Source of the DNA: Thermoplasmatota archaeon
Lineage (GTDB): Archaea; Thermoplasmatota; E2; DHVEG-1
Assembly (NCBI GenBank): GCA_029939595.1
Contig: JAOZSQ010000002.1
Span: 2,761-66,760, forward strand
Length of the DNA: 64,000 nucleotides
Direction of reading: 5' to 3'
The notes below the pieces were generated by a model. It was given only the letters and a program-made list of their open reading frames with translations. It did not search any database and was not told where the DNA came from. Both the position numbers and the translations under genes were made by a program. Positions 1 through 9,258 of the stretch are shown here, piece after piece (the first letter of the stretch is position 1; every line of letters begins with the position of its first letter).

Positions 1-565
1 GTAGGAATTCCTGAAAACGCTCAGATGGCGAATACTTCATATTATCTTTGATGGATCGAATGATATCTTTACCAAGAAGTGATACATCTCGATATATCCA
101 TGCTGCCTCTTTTTGGACTGCGCCATATATGTTTTGCTTGGATAGACTTTTAAAGATCTCAGTAGGTGTTACTCCTGCAGAAGACATAGCGGAAACAAAA
201 TTTAGGGCATATGATAGATTAGCATCTATCTTTTTTCCTCGTGATTTTGCAATACTATTAGGGATCTGTAATGAAATAACATAAGTTAACCCTCCAACAA
301 TCAAGGGGAGGGCGATGAATAAACTTGTCATAATTAAACCAAGTTGTATTTGAAGAAGTGGAATGAAGATAAAAAGCAAGATAGTTACAATCAATGCAGT
401 TGAGACAATACTTAATAGCATATACAAAAGTGAAGATGCCATATAAGCCTCTTGTTTGATATGTAAATGAGCTGAGCGAAGACTAAACTCTAATGCCTTA
501 CTTGGATGTTTTCGGGTAAACGATCCAAACAATTGATATGCTTTCTTTTCTAAAGTTTTTAACAT
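1..565 (-). CDS. Type II secretion system F family (TadC/FlaJ-like) pilus platform membrane protein, runs off the window edge
   Basis: Not in the ORF track. Manual translation from ATG 565: MLKTLEKKAYQLFGSF...SLRSAHLHIKQEAY..two TM helices..RGKKIDANLSYALNFVSAMSSAGVTPTEIFKSLS..YGAVQKEAAWIYRDVSLLGKD..SPSERFQEFL, typical of archaeal T2SSF proteins; directly downstream of two secretion ATPases. Confidence 0.9.
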   Translation of the reverse strand, partial: MLKTLEKKAYQLFGSFTRKHPSKALEFSLRSAHLHIKQEAYMASSLLYMLLSIVSTALIVTILLFIFIPLLQIQLGLIMTSLFIALPLIVGGLTYVISLQIPNSIAKSRGKKIDANLSYALNFVSAMSSAGVTPTEIFKSLSKQNIYGAVQKEAAWIYRDVSLLGKDIIRSIKDNMKYSPSERFQEFL

Positions 566-587
566 ATATGTTACACCATACCATATT

Positions 588-2348
588 TTATTTATTTTTT
601 TTTAATCGGATAAAGAAATTTTTTTTTCTAGCATGAGAAGATTTTTTCAGTTTTTTTTCAGATGTGATAACATCATAAAGCGAAAAACTATTCTCATTGA
701 TATGAAATGAAGATTGTATCTCAGATGCTTTTTTAAGAAGTGACTGTTTCGGAGGGGAAGAAATCTTTGCAAGACTCTCAGATGGATTTTCAGTATATCC
801 ACTAACGATTTCCCCTATTTGTTTGAAATCACGGATCATATGTTTATGCATCCATTCCAAGATCTTCTGGCGTTGCTTTAATTCAGAACGCATTTCATCT
901 GTGGAAAGATCACGTAGCTCACGGATAGTTTCAAGAATAAAGCTTTTACCTGTATATTTAAACTCATCAGTTGATGAATCCCATTTAAAAACATGATTTG
1001 TAAGAAACTCATTGGTTTCTGAATCAACGGTAATTACCTCAATTATATCTTTACATCGCCGAACAGTTTTTCCATTAAGTTTCACCATTGACTGGATCAT
1101 AACAATATCAAGAGACTGTAACATATTACGAGGTACATTGATAGGTTTTCCTTCAAGCCGATGAATCAATGACTTCATAGAATCAGCATGGACCGTTGAA
1201 TAGGTGGTATGGCCAGTAGCCATAGCCTGAAACAATACATATGCCTCTTTTCCTCGTATTTCACCGACAAGAATGTATTCAGGTCGTTGACGAAGCGCTG
1301 CTTTCATCAGATCAAATAAATCAATTTCACCAATAAGCCTATCATTAAGAACCTCACCAAACCCTGAACGTGTGATACCGGGGATCCAGTTTGGATGAGG
1401 TAGATTAATCTCACGGGTCTCTTCAATACTTACAATTTTTGATTCTTTGGGTATAAATAAACACATTGCGTTAAGAACACTTGTTTTTCCACTTGCAGTC
1501 CCACCAGAAACCAATGCATTGGAACCATGTTCAACAGCAAGCCAAAGATATGCAAAGATCTCAGGTGACATTGTATGATACTCAATAAGATCAACAGGGG
1601 TGATTGGATCAGATCGAAACTTTCGAATTGTAAATGTAGAACCTTTCGTGGTCACCTCACCACTCAAAGTCATCTGAATACGGGAGCCATCTGGCATCGT
1701 TGCATCAAGCATAGGATTGGAAACTGAGATATGTTTACCACATTTCTGTGCAAGTTTTGTAACAAACTGGGTTAAACGATCATCAGAATCAAACAGAACG
1801 TCTGTCTCAATAGATCCAAAATCACGATGATTAATAAAAAGAGATGACTTTGCACCATCACAGCTGACATCCTCAATATGAGGATCCTTCATCAAAGGAT
1901 CAATTTTATCATAACCTAAAAAGAACCTGTTTAAATAATACAATAATTTTTTTTCAAGAAAATCATCAATAGCAATACCAAACACTTTTACAATACCATT
2001 ATACTGATCAATAAGAAACGATGTTGGATTTTCATCCAGTTCATCAAGACGTACAGTAAATCTAGATATCAGTTCATTACGAATAAACAAAAAGACATTT
2101 TGTTCATCTTTTGAGAGATATGGTTCCAAAACTCGATATGTTCTCTGTAAGGTGTCAAGATTTTTAACAACAGAAATATATGTATAAGGTGGATCAATTG
2201 GATAACAAATCAACTCCTCAACATTTTTTAAAATGATGTCGATCTGTTGATTTGTATGGCATACATTACACTGCACGGAGGCATCATCTGGATCTTTTAG
2301 ATATATGCGTGCATTACATTTTTTACATAATATAGTGTATTCATTCAT
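588..2348 (-). CDS. Type II/IV secretion (PilB/FlaI/VirB11-like) ATPase with N-terminal Zn-ribbon
   Basis: Walker A GGTASGKT, Asp box SIEETRE, Walker B LVGEIRG, His box GH..STVH; N-terminal CKKC...CNVC. Confidence 0.93.
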   Translation of the reverse strand: MNEYTILCKKCNARIYLKDPDDASVQCNVCHTNQQIDIILKNVEELICYPIDPPYTYISVVKNLDTLQRTYRVLEPYLSKDEQNVFLFIRNELISRFTVRLDELDENPTSFLIDQYNGIVKVFGIAIDDFLEKKLLYYLNRFFLGYDKIDPLMKDPHIEDVSCDGAKSSLFINHRDFGSIETDVLFDSDDRLTQFVTKLAQKCGKHISVSNPMLDATMPDGSRIQMTLSGEVTTKGSTFTIRKFRSDPITPVDLIEYHTMSPEIFAYLWLAVEHGSNALVSGGTASGKTSVLNAMCLFIPKESKIVSIEETREINLPHPNWIPGITRSGFGEVLNDRLIGEIDLFDLMKAALRQRPEYILVGEIRGKEAYVLFQAMATGHTTYSTVHADSMKSLIHRLEGKPINVPRNMLQSLDIVMIQSMVKLNGKTVRRCKDIIEVITVDSETNEFLTNHVFKWDSSTDEFKYTGKSFILETIRELRDLSTDEMRSELKQRQKILEWMHKHMIRDFKQIGEIVSGYTENPSESLAKISSPPKQSLLKKASEIQSSFHINENSFSLYDVITSEKKLKKSSHARKKNFFIRLKKNK

Positions 2349-4467
2349 GTTGTTTCACAAGAATTTTTTGAGCAACATCCTCGGGTTTTTCAAGATAATT
2401 AGCAGTTACCGATGCGACATCTTCAAACAAATAAACCTTCTCATCAACCATCCAAGATAAGACATCAGCACGACGTTTAAGCTCATCAGTCATCTCTTCA
2501 TGTTTCATATTTGTCTTAACACGGATACGCTCGAGAACAAAACTTTTTCCAGTATACGAATAAGTATCCTTAATGGGATCCCAACGGAAGACCTCATTAG
2601 TTAAAATCTCTTTTGTAGTAGGATCAATATCGATGATTTCAATTATCTGTTTACAACGACGAACTCTCTTATCTTTAACACGTGCAATAGTTTGAATACA
2701 GACAATATCAAGAGATTGCAACATAATACGAGGAATGTTGATTGGTTCACCCTCTAAACGATGAATCAAGGATTTAGCTGAATCAGCATGCACCGTTGAA
2801 TAGGTGGTATGGCCAGTAGCCATAGCCTGAAACAATACATATGCTTCTCTTCCTCGTATTTCACCGACTAGGATGTATTCAGGTCTTTGACGAAGCGCTG
2901 CTTTCATCAAATCAAATAAATCTATTTCACCTGTAAGCTTTCCACCAACAACATCACCAAAACCAGATCGAGAAACACCGGGAATCCAGTTAGGGTGAGG
3001 TAGATTAATCTCACGGGTCTCTTCAATACTTACAATTTTTGATTCACGAGGGATAAATAAACTAATTGCATTAAGAACACTTGTTTTACCACTTGCTGTA
3101 CCGCCTGATATAAGAGCACTTGAACCATGTTGCACAGCAAGCCACAAATACGCCATCATCTCAGATGACATTGTATTAAATTGAATAAGATCAGCAGGAC
3201 TAAACGGCTGCTCCTTGAACTTTCGAATTGTAAATGTAGAACCCTTCGTACTAACCTCTGTACTTAGAGTCATCTGAATACGAGAGCCATCTGGCATTGT
3301 TGCATCAAGCATAGGAGTTGAAATTGAGATATGTTTACCACATTTCTGTGCAAGTTTCATTACAAAGCTAGTCAAAACCTCTTCATCAGGGATAGCTACA
3401 TTACTTTGAATGGAGCCATGGATCCGATGATACAAAAATATAGGGACTCCTGCACCATCGCAACTAACATCTTCAATGTTAATATCCTTCATTAATGGAT
3501 CAAGAATACCAAGATTGAGACAATCCTTTTTCAGATGATAAAAAATTTTCTCTTTGGAACAATTAGATACCAAAAGCGAATAATCAGATATAATCTCATT
3601 AACTTGACGAAGTAGAATTGGTTCCTCGCCCAATTCATTCAGTTCATTAGTATCAGAAGGCATAACCTCAAAAGCCTCTTTGATAAAGGACATATGCTTC
3701 TTTTCTTCATCTGTTAGTACTATTTCAATCAAAAAATATCGTTTTTCCTTAGTCTCCTTATTTTTAAGAATGGAAGAAAAAGCAAAAGGTTCAAGAAGTG
3801 GATAACTATCAAATTCTTCCCATTCATCTATATTTTTAATACCATCTCTTTTATAAATCAATTGTTTTAAATCTTTTAATTCACTATCTGATAATGTAAA
3901 ATTATCGGTGGAAATAATGGTTTCTAATGGTTGAGACTTAACCTGTTTTTTCTTAGAAGAAGACGATGAAAACAAAGATTTTTTCTTTTTAAGCGATTTC
4001 TTTTTTTCTGTTTTTTGTTGAAGTTTATTCTTTTCTAATGGTTTATTAGATGACATATCAACTGTTTTTTGTTCTTCTGGTTTTTCATTGGATTGTTTCT
4101 GATAATCTAATAAAATTTTTTTATTGGAAATTTTGGGTGATTTTTTTGATTTAGATGAAGATAGGCTGCTAAATAATGGTTTTTTCTTTTTTTCTGTTTT
4201 TTGTTGAAGTTTATTCTTTTCTAATGGTTTATTAGATGACATATCAACTGTTTTTTGTTCTTCTGGTTTTTCATTGGATTGTTTCTGATAATCTAACAAA
4301 GTCTTTTTATTGGAAATTTTGGAAGTTTTTTTTAATAGACCAACAGAGCTAAACAAAGATCTTTTTTTAACTTTCTGTGCCGCCCTTTTTCTATTTACAC
4401 TTCCACTCTTCTTATTTAATCTTAACTTTAACTTTGTTTTCCTTTTTTGTTTCTTTTCATGAGTCAA
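2341..4467 (-). CDS. Type II/IV secretion ATPase with Lys/Ser-rich repetitive N-terminal extension
   Basis: Same motifs (GGTASGKT, ALRQRPEYILVGEIRG); TTG start preceded by SD-like GGTGA; about 180 aa low-complexity N-terminus. Confidence 0.93.
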   Translation of the reverse strand: MTHEKKQKRKTKLKLRLNKKSGSVNRKRAAQKVKKRSLFSSVGLLKKTSKISNKKTLLDYQKQSNEKPEEQKTVDMSSNKPLEKNKLQQKTEKKKKPLFSSLSSSKSKKSPKISNKKILLDYQKQSNEKPEEQKTVDMSSNKPLEKNKLQQKTEKKKSLKKKKSLFSSSSSKKKQVKSQPLETIISTDNFTLSDSELKDLKQLIYKRDGIKNIDEWEEFDSYPLLEPFAFSSILKNKETKEKRYFLIEIVLTDEEKKHMSFIKEAFEVMPSDTNELNELGEEPILLRQVNEIISDYSLLVSNCSKEKIFYHLKKDCLNLGILDPLMKDINIEDVSCDGAGVPIFLYHRIHGSIQSNVAIPDEEVLTSFVMKLAQKCGKHISISTPMLDATMPDGSRIQMTLSTEVSTKGSTFTIRKFKEQPFSPADLIQFNTMSSEMMAYLWLAVQHGSSALISGGTASGKTSVLNAISLFIPRESKIVSIEETREINLPHPNWIPGVSRSGFGDVVGGKLTGEIDLFDLMKAALRQRPEYILVGEIRGREAYVLFQAMATGHTTYSTVHADSAKSLIHRLEGEPINIPRIMLQSLDIVCIQTIARVKDKRVRRCKQIIEIIDIDPTTKEILTNEVFRWDPIKDTYSYTGKSFVLERIRVKTNMKHEEMTDELKRRADVLSWMVDEKVYLFEDVASVTANYLEKPEDVAQKILVKQHE
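4000..4322. repeat. Intragenic direct repeat, period 186 bp (62 aa), about 135 bp near-identical
   Basis: About 4000-4136 vs 4186-4322; encodes KISNKK(T/I)LLDYQKQSNEKPEEQKTVDMSSNKPLEKNKLQQKTEKKK twice. Confidence 0.95.
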
Positions 4468-4731
4468 ATCGATTCACCATCCACATCTCAAAGACCAAAT
4501 ATTTCATACTACTCATGACATACACATATGACAATAGAGAAATCAGTTACAACAATTATGCATTACAAATATAGAACATAACTTGAATTCCTGTGTGCAT
4601 TCCATCCTTTCCAAAAAAATATATAATATATCAATTTAAATATCTTTCCTATTTAGTTATTTAAAACATAGTCAAAATTCAAGCATAACTTATTTAATTG
4701 TGATTTAGTTGTCAGAAAAAAAACATAATTT

Positions 4732-4805
4732 GGGCCTATGAGGTAGCTTGGATATCCTACTGGCCTTCGGAGCCAGTTACTGGGGTTCGAATCCCCATAG
4801 GTCCG
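4732..4805 (+). tRNA. tRNA-Arg (anticodon TCG), no intron, CCA not encoded
   Basis: Acceptor GGGCCTA/TAGGTCC plus discriminator G; anticodon arm CTGGC-CTTCGGA-GCCAG; T arm TGGGG-TTCGAAT-CCCCA. Confidence 0.95.
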
Positions 4806-4952
4806 TAACTATTTATTTCCGTTGGCAATCGATTTGAACAAAAAATTTTTCATTTGTAAATCACATTTATAATCTTGAAGCATCTTTTAAGAAATTAATA
4901 CGGGTTAGAAATGGTGACTATTCTTTGTTTATACCTTGTAATTACTGAATAA

Positions 4953-5651
4953 TTATTTTGCAATCATTGCACGTAACCAATCTGTAACATTTTCTGCATG
5001 ATCTGCAATATCATCAACCATTTCAAGGATTTTAAGCAGATGATAAGTATCCATTGGTTCTAATTTACTTTCCATTTTATAAATTGCTTTTGTAACATCA
5101 TATTTTATCTTATCTGTTTCTTGCTCTAATCTTTGTACTTCGTAGATATATTGTTTAGTCTGATCTCTTTCTCTTTTTATAAAACTAGTTTCAATAAGAT
5201 CCATGATATTACCTACTGCTTTCTCCATTGCATCTACTGTTTTTAATGTGCTATTAGCATGATCAATGAAACCTTTTTGAAGTGTTTTTGGAATTTTTGT
5301 ATGTCTCATGTCAAGCATGCGGACAAGACCATCTGCATGGTCTAAAATTGAATCTTGCTCTCGCAAGGTTCGCAAAAATTTTCCTTTGTCAACTGGCATA
5401 AATAAAGAATTTGGTAAATGGTTTCTTAAATTACTTTTAATAATATCTCCTTCATGTTCATATTCTGATATTTTTTTTGATATAGTTGAAAATCCTTTAT
5501 AGTCACCTTGATAATATTTTATCAATCCACTTTCAAGTGCATCAATTCCTTTTTTTACTACTTTCATATGTTCAAATAGCTGGGTAAAAGGAGTTTTTCT
5601 CCTAAATGTATCTGCTAGTGGAACACGAAAATGATCTTGTTCTTTTTCCAT
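4953..5651 (-). CDS. DUF47/TIGR00153 PhoU-like phosphate transport regulator
   Basis: EHEGD..K, F.P.D+, EQETD, DDIADHAENV motifs; adjacent to PiT transporter. Confidence 0.9.
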   Translation of the reverse strand: MEKEQDHFRVPLADTFRRKTPFTQLFEHMKVVKKGIDALESGLIKYYQGDYKGFSTISKKISEYEHEGDIIKSNLRNHLPNSLFMPVDKGKFLRTLREQDSILDHADGLVRMLDMRHTKIPKTLQKGFIDHANSTLKTVDAMEKAVGNIMDLIETSFIKRERDQTKQYIYEVQRLEQETDKIKYDVTKAIYKMESKLEPMDTYHLLKILEMVDDIADHAENVTDWLRAMIAK

Positions 5652-5667
5652 TTTTTTCTCTCCATAT

Positions 5668-6909
5668 TTAAAATATCATGTTTAAAGCTAAAAATATTAC
5701 TATTGAGGTTCCAGCAGCAATTGGTAGTGTTAATAACCATGAGGCAACAATTTTTTTGATAATGCCTAGATCTATTGCTTCTAGACCTCTTGCAAGTCCA
5801 ACTCCAATAACTGCTCCTACAACAGTATGTGATGTGGATATTGGTAAACCAAGTTTTGATGCTACAAGAACAGTTGTTGCAGCACCAAAATCAACTGAGA
5901 ATCCACGAGTATTTGTAAGACTTGTTATCCTGCTTCCCACTGTTTTCATCACTCTTTTTCCCCAGGTCATACATCCAATTCCAATTCCAATTCCTCCAAG
6001 GGTTAAAAGCCAGATTGGAACTTCAACTTGAGATCCAATTGAGAGTCCTTGTGCAAGGGGAATGATTGATGCAACAGGTCCAATTGCATTTGCTACATCA
6101 TTAGCACCATGTGCAAATGCTACATAACATGAGGTTCCTACCTGTAATTTTCTAAAGATTTTCTCAACAGTATCGTAATCCTCAGGTCCTCTTTCAGGTA
6201 TTTTTCTTAAAAGAATAATTCCAATGAGTGCAACAATTAGAGCTGCAAGGACTGCATAAAGTAAACCTGCTGATTCTGAAATGCCGTAGTTTTCACCAAA
6301 TGCAGTTTTAACAAATAATGACGATACAATAAGAAGAGCTGTAAAACCAAAAATGATTGGACCTACTATTTTTGCTGCTTTCACAGGGTTATCTTTTGAA
6401 AAAATTGTTATTGTAATGATTTTGAAGACTAAAAAAGCTAGTATGCAACCACTTAAAGGAGAAAGAATCCAACTTGCTACTACAGATCCAACTTTTCCCC
6501 ATATGACTGTTTGAACACCACCGGCGATAAGACCAAATCCAATTAAAGCACCAATTATAGAATGTGTTGTTGAGATGGGCATTTCCTTCCATGTTGACAG
6601 TGTTACCCAAAAAGCAGCAGCCAGAAGACTTGCGATAAATCCAATTAGTAAAATATGATTGCTGATACCTGCGGATTGTACATCTACAATTCCTTTTCTT
6701 ACGGTATCAGTAACATGACCACCGACAAAAACTGCACCCACTAGATTTAATACACCTGCAATTAGAACAGCTTGTTTAAAGGTGATTGCTTTTGCACCAA
6801 CTGCTGTTGCCATGGAGTTAGCTACATCATTAGATCCGATACTCCATGCCATGTAAAAAGCAATCGCAGCTGAACCACCAATGATGAGCATTAACGAATA
6901 ATCTACCAA
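5668..6909 (-). CDS. pit: Inorganic phosphate transporter (PiT family)
   Basis: Duplicated signatures GSNDVAN and HGANDVAN, PISTTH/PISTSH; TTG start with GGAGG SD. Confidence 0.95.
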   Translation of the reverse strand: MVDYSLMLIIGGSAAIAFYMAWSIGSNDVANSMATAVGAKAITFKQAVLIAGVLNLVGAVFVGGHVTDTVRKGIVDVQSAGISNHILLIGFIASLLAAAFWVTLSTWKEMPISTTHSIIGALIGFGLIAGGVQTVIWGKVGSVVASWILSPLSGCILAFLVFKIITITIFSKDNPVKAAKIVGPIIFGFTALLIVSSLFVKTAFGENYGISESAGLLYAVLAALIVALIGIILLRKIPERGPEDYDTVEKIFRKLQVGTSCYVAFAHGANDVANAIGPVASIIPLAQGLSIGSQVEVPIWLLTLGGIGIGIGCMTWGKRVMKTVGSRITSLTNTRGFSVDFGAATTVLVASKLGLPISTSHTVVGAVIGVGLARGLEAIDLGIIKKIVASWLLTLPIAAGTSIVIFLALNMIF

Positions 6910-7087
6910 GGTTTTCCTCCAAAGTCAATCCTTAGCATTGGTAAACAAAGAACAATATTTAAAATTATCACACATATAAACAAAATAATTTTTGTGATTC
7001 ACATGTATAAACGAAGTTGTATTGCATGCTTGAAAAATGACAAAATGACACAAAAGATTTAAATAAGTTAAATGTGAAAGTATAACA

Positions 7088-7160
7088 GCGAGGATCCTGG
7101 GAAAAAACCTTTTTTCCTTCCATCTTCACTATCCTACCAGGCTCCTCCCATCTCTCTCTA
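7088..7160 (+). ncRNA. Candidate small structured RNA
   Basis: GC-richer island; outer stem GAGGA-T-CCTGG / CCAGG-C-TCCTC, inner GGAAAAAA/TTTTTTCC; BRE+TATA (CAAAAGA-TTTAAATA, about 7051-7065) about 24 nt upstream; no ORF. Confidence 0.5.
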
Positions 7161-7214
7161 AACTTTTATCATCTAATGAAAATTATTAGTAGAAAAAAGA
7201 ATGGAAAAGAGATA

Positions 7215-7583
7215 TTAAGAATATGTTCCACGTAATTTTCTTCGATCAATCTTAACATCACTAGGTGAAACAATCATTAAATTATTTCCAATACCTGCAA
7301 TATCGCCATTAATTTCCTTAACTATTTCTTTTAAATCATTTGTCACTCTTTTCAATATGACTTCTTCTTCGGCTATTTGTGAAAAATCTAATAGAAGAAC
7401 ATTTCCTCCATAGACATAATCTGTGAAGTTTTTTAGATCCTCATAGCGTTGAATTTCACCGACTCTAACATGCATCTTTGCAGGAACATTTTGACTTGTG
7501 CTTTCCATATATTTTTCCAAATCAATGTAACCACCTACATCGCCAGGACGTTTCTCACCGAAAATTTTGTTAACAAATCCCAT
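7215..7583 (-). CDS. sepF: Cell division protein SepF
   Basis: YIDL motif, VYGGNVLLLDF, INGDIAGIGNNLMIVSPSDVKIDR typical of archaeal SepF; ATG 7583 preferred over TTG 7589. Confidence 0.9.
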   Translation of the reverse strand: MGFVNKIFGEKRPGDVGGYIDLEKYMESTSQNVPAKMHVRVGEIQRYEDLKNFTDYVYGGNVLLLDFSQIAEEEVILKRVTNDLKEIVKEINGDIAGIGNNLMIVSPSDVKIDRRKLRGTYS

Positions 7584-7691
7584 ATTCAACTCACACTCCA
7601 GAATAAATCCAGATATATGAATACATGATGTACCTTATAAACGTTTTTCTTAGATATTACTCTGAAAAATAAAAATATAAAAAAAGTATAA

Positions 7692-8045
7692 TTAATCGAC
7701 AATCGTAAAATCCTTTGCAAATCCATAAACATATGATATCATACCAAAAGGACCTGGTGTATAAGTCAAGAAAAATGGTGTTTTTGTTAAAGAAATCTCT
7801 GTAAGACCTCTAACAATCCCTGCTTTTTTAATAAGTAAACCTGATTGAAAATAAAAAAGATAGAGGGCATTTGCTGTGAGAGTATCATTTGTTTCATGAG
7901 GATTTATAATAGTACCAATAATAAGTGTGCTATCAAAAATACCTGACTGTGAAATGGGGGCCTCATCAGTTGATTCTGATTGTACAATAACTGTTGAGAG
8001 AAATACAAGCATACACACTATTCCAAATGAAATTTCTTTTCTCAT
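7692..8045 (-). CDS. Small secreted hypothetical protein
   Basis: 117-aa ORF with signal-peptide-like N-terminus and GAGGA SD. Confidence 0.7.
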   Translation of the reverse strand: MRKEISFGIVCMLVFLSTVIVQSESTDEAPISQSGIFDSTLIIGTIINPHETNDTLTANALYLFYFQSGLLIKKAGIVRGLTEISLTKTPFFLTYTPGPFGMISYVYGFAKDFTIVD

Positions 8046-8123
8046 GAGATATTCCTCAAATATAATATATTAATTATAATATCATAGATTATAAATGTTT
8101 TCATGTGGTTCAATGGATATTGA

Positions 8124-8615
8124 TTAAATTAATGATATCATATTCCAAAGAGGGTCTCCAATATAATGAACCATGAACACTGCTTTCCCCTTAGAACTAG
8201 TTATCATCTCTGACCCCTCCATCACAGCAATCCCAACGGCAAGAGCTTTCTTATGTGTCTCATCACATATCCAAACTACATCATCAACAGAGATATTTTT
8301 ATCTGCATCAACAATGCCTGGAGCCATTACATCAGCACCATTTGTAACAAATTTAACGGCACCCATATCAACAGTTACAAAACGATTAGATGGGTTAAAA
8401 TGCATCAGCCCCTTTATTGTATAAAAAAGTTGATTATCTTTTCTAAAAAAACAAGGAACGCCATCAAGGAAAATAAGCTCAAAATCATCGATTACACCTG
8501 TTTCAGCTGAACTGAAAGATGATTCTATGTTTATATTTAGATTTCTATAAATCTCATTGAAAAGCTTTTGTATATCTTTATTTTTCAAACGATGTTTATT
8601 TTTGATTTTAACCAT
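8124..8615 (-). CDS. PUA-domain RNA-binding protein (MCT-1/Tma20-like)
   Basis: VDMGAVKFVTNGADVMAPGIV...ALAVG...GKAV..HYIGD; start placed at ATG 8615. Confidence 0.93.
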   Translation of the reverse strand: MVKIKNKHRLKNKDIQKLFNEIYRNLNINIESSFSSAETGVIDDFELIFLDGVPCFFRKDNQLFYTIKGLMHFNPSNRFVTVDMGAVKFVTNGADVMAPGIVDADKNISVDDVVWICDETHKKALAVGIAVMEGSEMITSSKGKAVFMVHYIGDPLWNMISLI

Positions 8616-8772
8616 ATTGCTCTTCAAACAAATGTTATAAAACATCAGGTTCTTAATGATTTACAATAAATGATACGTTTCATGATGAATCATCTCATTG
8701 ATTAATTTAAAAAAAAACGAACCCAAAACCCTTATAAACAAAAGACTTATTCGCACTCAGAAGTGAAGTATC

Positions 8773-8991
8773 ATGGAAAAACCCTTAAAGATTTTACATG
8801 GATCATTAAACAACCGAGTTATTGTTGAACTACGATCTGGACGTTCATACAATGGAACACTTGATGGATATGATGTTCCTCATATGAATCTAGTACTAAA
8901 AAATGCAGAAGAAATACTCAGAGGAGAATCAAAAGGGAAACATAATACCATTATTCTTCGAGGGGACAATATTATATATGTCTCACCTTAA
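8773..8991 (+). CDS. Sm-like archaeal protein (Lsm/SmAP)
   Basis: Sm1 (G.L.GYD.HMNLVL.NAEE) and Sm2 (ILRGDNIIYVSP) motifs; followed by L37e. Confidence 0.95.
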   Translation: MEKPLKILHGSLNNRVIVELRSGRSYNGTLDGYDVPHMNLVLKNAEEILRGESKGKHNTIILRGDNIIYVSP

Positions 8992-9030
8992 TACGGATAA
9001 AAAATATTACAATTAGGAGTAACGTGATCT

Positions 9031-9192
9031 ATGTCAAAGGGAACCCCATCAAGCTCTGGAAATAAAAAAACACATACTGCCTGCAGACGATGTGGAAAAA
9101 AATCATTTCACATGCAAAAACGCGCCTGTGCATCATGTGGATTTGGAAACACCGCAAAAATTCGAAAATACAACTGGTCAAAACAACATTAG
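9031..9192 (+). CDS. rpl37e: 50S ribosomal protein L37e
   Basis: Missed by the ORF track. [53 protein letters not shown]; AGGAG SD. Confidence 0.97.
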   Translation: MSKGTPSSSGNKKTHTACRRCGKKSFHMQKRACASCGFGNTAKIRKYNWSKQH

Positions 9193-9258
9193 TTTTATTT
9201 TCCATTTATTAAATGAACATATTGAATTAATTGGAAACATACTTATTTTTTATACATT

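Noticed and set aside
1-4467. Archaellum (flaI/flaJ) assignment
   Set aside because: No flaH, flaF/G or archaellin genes upstream, so gene symbols were withheld; a generic type IV pilus-like system fits better.
4732-4950. tRNA-Arg as an integration site of a mobile element
   Set aside because: No integrase and no duplicated tRNA 3' end seen in the window; flanking genes are housekeeping.
8682-8760. Box C/D sRNA (ATGATGA words here and near 16094)
   Set aside because: No matching box D (CTGA) at a suitable distance and no terminal stem.
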